Source: an uncultured Atribacterota bacterium | Lineage (GTDB): Bacteria; Atribacterota; JALVIU01 | Direction: 5' to 3' | DNA length: 64,000 nucleotides | Assembly (NCBI GenBank): GCA_964462295.1 | Contig: CAYWXH010000001.1 | Location: forward strand, 452 to 64,451 | Part shown: piece after piece, positions 57,744 through 64,000 of the stretch | How the letters are laid out: the number at the start of each line of letters is the position of its first letter | How positions within the stretch are numbered: the first letter of the stretch is position 1 | Notes under the pieces: generated by a model | The model's database searches: none | Told to the model about the DNA's origin: nothing | What the model saw: the letters and a program-made list of their open reading frames with translations, nothing else | Program-made: the position numbers and the translations under genes

Positions 57744-57982
57744 ATAAATAGAAAATACAAATTTTTAGTTTAGAACAATTTTAATATTCTATTTTCGGTT
57801 ATTTATTTAGATTAGGTTGTACTTTTTTGAAATTGAATTTATTTTAATTAAAGATTTCTAGTCGATTTTTGATTGATATTTTTAGATATTCAATCATTTA
57901 TTATAATTTTCATTCAATAAAAATCAAAAAATGATTGACTTTGATTGAATATAGTGATATAATACGCAAAGGAGGGATTAGT

Positions 57983-58750
57983 TTGAGGAAAACAGAAAGG
58001 TTTCAAAAGATTATGAATATATTAAGTCAAACGGGAAATGCATCTACTTCCTATCTTTCATCTTTACTTGGTGTCTCTGAATCTACAATAAGGAGAGATC
58101 TTAACGAAATTGCCAAGGCAAATGATATGGTAGAGAGGGTACATGGTGGTATAGTCTTGAGATCTAACAAAGTAGGTATTGAGCTCATGTTTGACCTTAA
58201 GCTTGATAAAAACCTTGAAGAGAAAAAAAGAATTGCAAAAAAGGCGTTGGAATTTATAGAAGATGGGGATAGTATTATTTTGGATTCTGGAACTACATGT
58301 TTCCAAATTGCAAAACTTCTCTATCAGAAGAAAGGGGTTCGGGTAATTACATGTGATGTAAAGATAGCAGAAGAACTTGGAAAATTTGCAGATGTGGAAA
58401 CTATCATAATAGGAGGGGTAGTGAGGCCTGGTTATTATAGTATAGGAGGGGACCTTGCCTTAGAGATAATGAGTAAATTTAGCGCGGAGAAGGCCTTTTT
58501 GGGAGTAGATGCAATAGACTTAAAAAAGGGTATTACAAATGCTTCTCTATTTGAGGTAGGGATTAAGAAAGGTATTATAGAAAATGCCAAACAGGTTATA
58601 GCAGTATCTGACCATACAAAATTTGGCAAGGTTGCTCTATCTAAAGTGGCAGATATAGATGATGTAGAGATAATTATAACAGATAGTGGGTTAGATAAGA
58701 ATTTTGTGAATGCAATTGAAAAAAGAGGTGTTAGATTAATTCTTGCATAA
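57983..58750 (+). CDS. DeoR-family transcriptional regulator
   Basis: TTG start 7 nt after aaaggaggg; HTH STSYLSSLLGVSESTIRRDLNEI; C-terminal DeoR sensor domain. The track ORF begins at an upstream ATG inside the promoter/operator region. Confidence 0.75.
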   Translation: MRKTERFQKIMNILSQTGNASTSYLSSLLGVSESTIRRDLNEIAKANDMVERVHGGIVLRSNKVGIELMFDLKLDKNLEEKKRIAKKALEFIEDGDSIILDSGTTCFQIAKLLYQKKGVRVITCDVKIAEELGKFADVETIIIGGVVRPGYYSIGGDLALEIMSKFSAEKAFLGVDAIDLKKGITNASLFEVGIKKGIIENAKQVIAVSDHTKFGKVALSKVADIDDVEIIITDSGLDKNFVNAIEKRGVRLILA

Positions 58751-58761
58751 AGGAGGTTTAT

Positions 58762-59568
58762 ATGAGTTTATTAAAAGTGATTTTTCCTAATAAAAGAAAG
58801 ATTGTAATAGGTATGATACATTTCCCCCCACTTCCCTCTGCACCTATGTATGATGATAAAAAGGGCATAAATTACTTAAAAGATGTGGTAGAAAAGGACC
58901 TTATTGCCCTTCAGGATGGAGGAATAGATGGTGTAATGTTTTGCAATGAAAATGACCGTCCCTACAATTTTGAAGCAGATTTTGCAACCGTGGCTACGAT
59001 GAGCAGTATTATTGGTTCCTTATTGGATAAAATAAAGGTCCCATTTGGTATAGATGTACTTTGGGACCCAAAAGCTGCCCTTGCTATAGCCAAGGCCACA
59101 GGTGCAAAGTTTATAAGGGAGATAGTAACAGGGGTTTTCGTATCAGATATGGGCCTATGGAATACAAAGGTAGGTGAGCTATATAGATATAGAAGATTAA
59201 TAGATGCAGACGATATTGCAGTATTTTTTAATATATCTGCAGAGTTTGCCTACAATCTCGATAGGAGACCTTTAGAAGTTATAGCAAAAAGTACGGTATT
59301 TTCTTCTCTAGCTGATGTAATATTGGTATCTGGTCCTATGACAGGTGCACCACCTACACCAGATATGGTTAAAAGAGTAAAAGAAGAAGTAGATGTACCC
59401 GTATTTGTAAACACAGGGTTTAATGAAAAAAATGCAGAAGAGATGTTTAAATTTGCAGATGGTGCAATTGTAGGAACAAGCCTTAAGTATGACGGGATTA
59501 CATGGAATCAGGTGGACCCTGAAAGGGTTAGGTCGCTTATGAATAAGGTAAACAATATTCGGGGGTAG
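58762..59568 (+). CDS. BtpA/SgcQ-family TIM-barrel protein
   Basis: VIGMIHFPPLPSAPMYDDKKGINYL...DGGIDGVMFCNENDRPY matches BtpA/SgcQ (PF03437-like). Confidence 0.7.
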   Translation: MSLLKVIFPNKRKIVIGMIHFPPLPSAPMYDDKKGINYLKDVVEKDLIALQDGGIDGVMFCNENDRPYNFEADFATVATMSSIIGSLLDKIKVPFGIDVLWDPKAALAIAKATGAKFIREIVTGVFVSDMGLWNTKVGELYRYRRLIDADDIAVFFNISAEFAYNLDRRPLEVIAKSTVFSSLADVILVSGPMTGAPPTPDMVKRVKEEVDVPVFVNTGFNEKNAEEMFKFADGAIVGTSLKYDGITWNQVDPERVRSLMNKVNNIRG

Positions 59569-59572
59569 CCAT

Positions 59573-60355
59573 ATGGGAAAGGTAGAGAATAAGATTACTT
59601 TACTCACTGGAGCTGGTAGAGGGATAGGAAGGGCGATAGCAGAAAAATTTGCAAAAGAAGGGGCAATAATGATTCTTTGTGATATAGATGAAGAGGCACT
59701 ATCTGAAACCTTAGAAATAGTAAAGAAATATTCCCCTTCCTCTTTGAGCCATGTGCTTGATGTAACAAAGGAAGATATGGTGAATAATGTAGTAAAAGAT
59801 GTGATAGAAAAATTTGGAAAAATAGATATCCTTCTTAATAATGCAGGGGTCTCTACAATGAATCATTTCTGGGAACTTGCAGAAAAAGAATGGGATTTTA
59901 ATATGAATGTAAATGCAAAAGGGGTATTTTTTGTAACAAAAGCAGTGGCGCCTTATATGATGAAGCAGAAAAAAGGAAAAATTGTTACTACTGCTTCAAT
60001 GGCAGCAAAATTGGGTGCACCATTACTTGCCCATTATTCTGCATCAAAGTTTGCAGTACTGGGATTTATGCAGGCAGTTGCTAAGGAACTTGCACCATAT
60101 GGTATAAATGTAAACTCTGTGTGTCCAGGTTTTGTGAAAACGAGTATGCAGGATAGAGAAGTAGTATGGGAGGCAAAGCTAAGAGGAATAGATGATCCAG
60201 AAAAGGTAAGGGAAGAGTACATAAAGATGACTCCTTTAGGAAGGCTTTGTTATCCAGAAGATGTAGCGAAGGTAGTCCTGTTTTTGGCATCAGAAGATGC
60301 AGATTTTCTCACAGGACAGGCAATAAATGTAACAGGAGGTGTCTGTGTACACTAA
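59573..60355 (+). CDS. SDR-family NAD(P)-dependent oxidoreductase
   Basis: TGAGRGIGRAIA (Rossmann fold), NNAG, YSASKFAV (YxxxK). Confidence 0.85.
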   Translation: MGKVENKITLLTGAGRGIGRAIAEKFAKEGAIMILCDIDEEALSETLEIVKKYSPSSLSHVLDVTKEDMVNNVVKDVIEKFGKIDILLNNAGVSTMNHFWELAEKEWDFNMNVNAKGVFFVTKAVAPYMMKQKKGKIVTTASMAAKLGAPLLAHYSASKFAVLGFMQAVAKELAPYGINVNSVCPGFVKTSMQDREVVWEAKLRGIDDPEKVREEYIKMTPLGRLCYPEDVAKVVLFLASEDADFLTGQAINVTGGVCVH

Positions 60356-61121
60356 ATTAAAGGATGTAATGATTGAGGCTGCAAAGAGGGCAGGTGCAGA
60401 ACTAAAGGAGTATTTCAAGACGAGAGAATTTAAAGTTACTCAAAAAAGCATGAATGCAGACCTTGTTACAGAGGTAGATAAAAGGGCTCAAGATATAATA
60501 ATTAAGATTTTATCAGATAAATTTCCTAAAATTCCTATCATAGCAGAGGAGAAGAAGAATATAGAGGCTGATACTGCATTTTATGTAGACCCCTTAGATG
60601 GAACATTAAATTTTGTACATGGTTTTGGTATGTTTGCTGTATCTATTGGATATTGGGAAGATAATATACCGAAAATAGGTGTGGTTTATAATCCAATATC
60701 TAAAGAATTGTTCTGGGCGATTAAAGGAGAAGGGGCATACCTAAATAATAAGAAGATACATGTATCAGACATATCTTCTTTGAGAGAAAGTATGCTTATT
60801 ACAGGATGGCCATATGACAGAAGCTATCTTCCAAAAGTAATTAAGAGTGTAGAAAAAGCCCTAAATAATGCTCAAGAAATCAGGTCTTTTGGTAGCTCTG
60901 CCCTTGAGTGTTGTTATGTGGCAGAAGGAACCTTTGATGGTTATTGGGAATGGGGTCTTTCTCCATGGGACCTCGCAGCGGGGATAGTTATATTACAGGA
61001 AGCAGGCGCTATTGTTACTGATATAGAGGGGGCGGATTTTTCCCTTTCGAAGGGTGATATATTATGTGCTACCCCAGGTCTACATAAAGAACTATTAGCT
61101 ATGTTTAAGGTGGGAAAATAG
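60339..61121 (+). CDS. inositol monophosphatase / FBPase-family phosphatase (SuhB-like)
   Basis: IAEEKK...YVDPLDGTLNFVHG, WDLAAG IMPase-family motifs. The start may instead be the ATG at 60369 (after aaagga). Confidence 0.8.
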   Translation: MSVYTKLKDVMIEAAKRAGAELKEYFKTREFKVTQKSMNADLVTEVDKRAQDIIIKILSDKFPKIPIIAEEKKNIEADTAFYVDPLDGTLNFVHGFGMFAVSIGYWEDNIPKIGVVYNPISKELFWAIKGEGAYLNNKKIHVSDISSLRESMLITGWPYDRSYLPKVIKSVEKALNNAQEIRSFGSSALECCYVAEGTFDGYWEWGLSPWDLAAGIVILQEAGAIVTDIEGADFSLSKGDILCATPGLHKELLAMFKVGK

Positions 61122-61123
61122 CT

Positions 61124-61960
61124 ATGAAAATGAAAAAATTAGACAAAGAAGGTAGATATTGGAACATAGCTGCACACATAATACTTATAATTTTTTCACT
61201 TATAATACTATTGCCGCTTTTATGGACTCTTAGAACAAGTTTTGCTACAGATGTTATTGCATATGAAATTCCCCCTAAATTAATATTTCCACCAACATTG
61301 AAGAATTACATTTTATTATTTAAAGAAAATAATTTTGCCCTGAAGTTTTTTAATAGTTTTACTGTAGCCTTACTTTCTACTTTAATTTCTATTCCTATAG
61401 CGGCTTTAGGAGGGTATGCCCTTGCCAGATATAATCCTGGGGGAACAGTTTCAAGATTTCTTATTATAGGTACTCAAATGCTTCCACCTATAGTTTTAAT
61501 ATTACCACTTTTTGCTATATTTTCTACAATACACTTGTTAAATACAAGAATTGGCCTAATAAGTTCATATATGGCATTTAATCTACCATTTTTGGTGTGG
61601 ATTCTTATGGGGTTTTTTGAAGGTATACCTAAAGAGCTAGAGGAAGCCGCCCTTATCGATGGGGCATCCAGATTAAAATCGTTTTTTGCTGTGGTATTTC
61701 CTATTGCTGCACCAGGGGTTATGTCTGCGGGAGTTTTAAGTTTTATTATGTGTTGGAATGAGTTTTTATTTGCTTTAGTTTTAACAGGTGCAGAGACAAG
61801 TACTATTCCTGTGGCACTTGCTGCCCTTCAGACCCAAAGAGGTGTGCTTATTGGAAAGCTTTCAGCAGGAGTAGTTCTTGCCAATTTACCTATAGTAATA
61901 GTTTCTTTCTTTATTCAAAAGTATCTTGTCAGAGGTTTGAGTTTTGGGGCTATTAAATGA
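61124..61960 (+). CDS. carbohydrate ABC transporter permease (MalG-like)
   Basis: 278 aa; EAALIDGASRLKSFFAVVFPIAAP EAA loop. Confidence 0.8.
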   Translation: MKMKKLDKEGRYWNIAAHIILIIFSLIILLPLLWTLRTSFATDVIAYEIPPKLIFPPTLKNYILLFKENNFALKFFNSFTVALLSTLISIPIAALGGYALARYNPGGTVSRFLIIGTQMLPPIVLILPLFAIFSTIHLLNTRIGLISSYMAFNLPFLVWILMGFFEGIPKELEEAALIDGASRLKSFFAVVFPIAAPGVMSAGVLSFIMCWNEFLFALVLTGAETSTIPVALAALQTQRGVLIGKLSAGVVLANLPIVIVSFFIQKYLVRGLSFGAIK

Positions 61961-62044
61961 AGAAAAAGGAGGTGGGGTCTTAAAAAATAACCATTTGTAT
62001 ATGTTTTTACTGTATCTTTAAAATTTGCATATGGAGGTGCTTAA

Positions 62045-63322
62045 ATGTTGAGGAGGTTGTGGATTTCTATCTTTATTATTGGCATGCTTCTTTTATGGGC
62101 AAGTGTAGGATTTTCAGGTGTAACTCTTAAAGCTTTGATGGAAGATGTACCAGAGACAAGAATTATAGAAAAACTTCTTCCTGATTTTGAAGCAAAAACT
62201 GGTATAAAAGTACAATTTGAAATAGTTCAATATTCTGATATGCATGCAAAACTTGTCCCTCAGCTTATGAGTCCAAATTGTCAATATGACTTCTTAGAGG
62301 TTGATAATTATTGGGCAGGTGAGTTTCCAGCTGCTGGTTGGCTATTGGATCTTGGTAAATATGTAAAAAAGGATAATTTTGATATTTCTGTGTATCTACC
62401 TTCTATGCTAAAGATGGTGGGATACTATAAGAATAAGTTATACATGATTCCTATGTATAACTACGCCATGGGCCTTATATATAGAAAAGACCTTTTGAAT
62501 AATCCTGAGTTAAAGGAAAAATGGAAAAAAGAATATGGTACAGAACTTGCATTACCCAATAGTGTGGAAGGTTATGTAAAACTTGCTGCATTTATGCAGA
62601 AAAATGCAGGGGTATACGGTTCTGCTATGCAGGCACAACGTGGTGATCCAATAGTAATGGAGTGGTGCAACTATCTCTTCTCTGTGGGTGGCGATTTTTA
62701 TGATGAGAATTGGAAACCTATTATAAACAATGACAAAGGAATAAAGGCAGTAGAGCTTTATAAAAAGGCCTTAAAGGAGGCAGCACCTCCTGGAGCATTA
62801 TCTTTTAATCTTGATGATTCTTTTAGAGTTATGTCTCAAGGTAAAGCATTTAGTATGATTACATACAACTGGATGCTTGCACAACTTGATGATCCAAACT
62901 CCTCTAAGGTTGCAGGAAAGGTAGCGCTTGCTCCAATGCCTGGTGGAGTAGGTTTAAATGGTGGATGGGGATGGGCTATACCTAAGAATTCTGCTCACAA
63001 AAAAGAGGCATGGGAGTTTATAAAATGGGTTGAATCATTTGATATTGCTAAAAAAAGAGCTTTGGCAGGGGGTGCACCTACAAGGGTTGATATATTCCAC
63101 GATAAAGATGTTCTTTCTAAATACCCATGGTATAAAGATGTAGAAAAACTTCTTGCAAAGGCAAAACCTGTTCCTGAATTCCAGTATAGTGCACAAATGA
63201 TAGAAGTTACAGGAAGAGAGCTTTCCCTTGCATGTGCAGGGCAAAAAGATACCAAAAAGGCATTAGACAGAGTGGCAAAAGAACTTGCAAAACTTGCAAA
63301 ACAGGCAGGGCTTAGTAAATAA
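62045..63322 (+). CDS. carbohydrate ABC transporter substrate-binding protein
   Basis: Signal peptide; 425 aa family-1 solute-binding protein. Confidence 0.8.
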   Translation: MLRRLWISIFIIGMLLLWASVGFSGVTLKALMEDVPETRIIEKLLPDFEAKTGIKVQFEIVQYSDMHAKLVPQLMSPNCQYDFLEVDNYWAGEFPAAGWLLDLGKYVKKDNFDISVYLPSMLKMVGYYKNKLYMIPMYNYAMGLIYRKDLLNNPELKEKWKKEYGTELALPNSVEGYVKLAAFMQKNAGVYGSAMQAQRGDPIVMEWCNYLFSVGGDFYDENWKPIINNDKGIKAVELYKKALKEAAPPGALSFNLDDSFRVMSQGKAFSMITYNWMLAQLDDPNSSKVAGKVALAPMPGGVGLNGGWGWAIPKNSAHKKEAWEFIKWVESFDIAKKRALAGGAPTRVDIFHDKDVLSKYPWYKDVEKLLAKAKPVPEFQYSAQMIEVTGRELSLACAGQKDTKKALDRVAKELAKLAKQAGLSK

Positions 63323-64000
63323 TGAAAAAGACATATTCTCTTGAATTACAAGAAAAGATAGCAGGGTATGGATTTTTGGCTCCTACAGTGGTCGTTTTGG
63401 CTGCTGTAGTAGCCTTTCCTCTTATATATTCTTTGGTTGCAAGTTTTTATGCCTATACTTTTGTTACCCCTGGATTTCATTTATTTGTAGGTTTTCAAAA
63501 CTACCTAAATGCTTTAAGTGATTCTTACTTTTGGAATTCATTGATTGTAACGATTTCCTTTGTAATAGCTGTTGTCTCTATAGAGTTCACACTAGGTTTT
63601 ATTATTGCTCTTATGTTAAATAGAGATATAAAGTTTAAAAGCGTTTACTATACAATTCTTACTATCCCTATGCTTTTAAGTCCCGTGGCCGTAGGTTTAG
63701 TATGGAAGATGTTATTACACCCTGATTTGGGTATAATGAATTATTTTCTTTCACTTTTTGGTATAGGACCAATCAATTGGCTTGGCTCTCCAAAAGGGGC
63801 CTTTTGGAGTGTCCTTTTTGTAGATATATGGCAGCAGATCTCTTTTATGATTCTTCTTTTGCTTGCAGGACTCGTATCATTACCGAAAGAGCCTTATGAG
63901 GCGGCAACTATAGATGGGGCGAATGAATGGCAAAGACTTTTATTTATAACTATCCCCCTTATGAAACCTGTCATTATTGTTACTCTCCTTATAAGAACTA
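63323..64000 (+). CDS. carbohydrate ABC transporter permease (MalF-like), 3' end beyond the window
   Basis: MKKTYSLELQEKIAGYGFLAPTVVVLAAVVAFPLIYSL...; EAATIDGANEWQRLLFITIPL. Confidence 0.8.

Noticed and set aside
1-64000. Search for CRISPR arrays, IS elements, integrases, tRNA or rRNA genes, prophage or defense islands, and compositional islands.
   Set aside because: No direct-repeat/spacer periodicity, no transposase, integrase or recombinase-like ORF, and no tRNA-like GC-rich 75-nt blocks. GC content is uniform apart from the riboswitch. The window reads as core chromosome, so no mobile or defense system is claimed.

Overview
This 64-kb window is AT-rich (about one-third GC by eye) and looks like core chromosome from a thermophile-like bacterium. 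The proteins are K/E/I-rich and the gene repertoire and order resemble Dictyoglomus/Thermotogae-type lineages, but that lineage guess is low confidence. The window is densely packed with about 75 protein genes, mostly in operons with overlapping or abutting stops and starts. I found no rRNA, tRNA, CRISPR array, transposase, integrase or phage-like genes, and composition is uniform except for one GC-rich riboswitch. From start to end the window contains:

- **1-5124 (minus strand):** mnmA (3' end), a second ThiI-like PP-loop ATPase, an EamA exporter, an MFS transporter and an unrecognised 374-aa protein.
- **5280-10561:** a LysR regulator divergent from a phosphate cluster made of a PiT transporter, a DUF47 (PhoU-like) protein, a secreted unknown, a small unknown and a Ppx/GppA phosphatase.
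- **10579-13626:** tctCBA tripartite tricarboxylate transporter.
- **13748-19808:** ftsE, ftsX, an M23 EnvC-like peptidase, the CtpA S41 protease, a YibQ-like deacetylase and the CCA enzyme.
- **19832-28897:** a complete histidine operon, hisZ-hisG(short)-hisD-hisC-[HAD hydrolase]-hisB-hisH-hisA-hisF-hisIE, followed by a short birA.
- **28887-29681 (minus strand):** an HpcH/HpaI aldolase.
- **29962-36154:** a sugar ABC transporter (substrate-binding protein, permease, frameshifted permease), a PfkB kinase, a sucrose-phosphate-synthase-like GT4 glycosyltransferase and a DeoR regulator.
- **36140-39997:** a MazG-like hydrolase, a SHOCT membrane protein, then a copper module: csoR, divergent consensus promoters each carrying a CsoR-type operator, a DUF302 protein, a 35-bp palindrome and copB (CPH-type P1B ATPase with a His-rich N-terminus).
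- **40024-43209:** a well-promoted 64-aa small ORF, then a cobalamin riboswitch with terminator controlling btuFCD.
- **43214-51030 (minus strand):** mgsA, a multi-EF-hand calcium-binding protein, a TRAP-TAXI transporter and a second sugar ABC transporter.
- **51281-56220:** the ffh-rpsP-KH-rimM-trmD-rplS-lepB-rnhB-yraN housekeeping block.
- **56222-57743 (minus strand):** a patatin-like lipase and a Zn-ribbon NUDIX hydrolase.
- **57983-64000:** DeoR, BtpA/SgcQ, SDR, IMPase-family and a third sugar ABC transporter.

All product calls rest on motif-level reading of the supplied translations; I ran no searches. I found no defense-system-like or mobile cargo. The regions most worth a second look are the CsoR/DUF302/CopB regulatory architecture, the HAD enzyme embedded in the his operon, the Pit-DUF47-unknown-unknown-Ppx cluster, the EF-hand protein and two DeoR-linked carbohydrate loci of unclear substrate.
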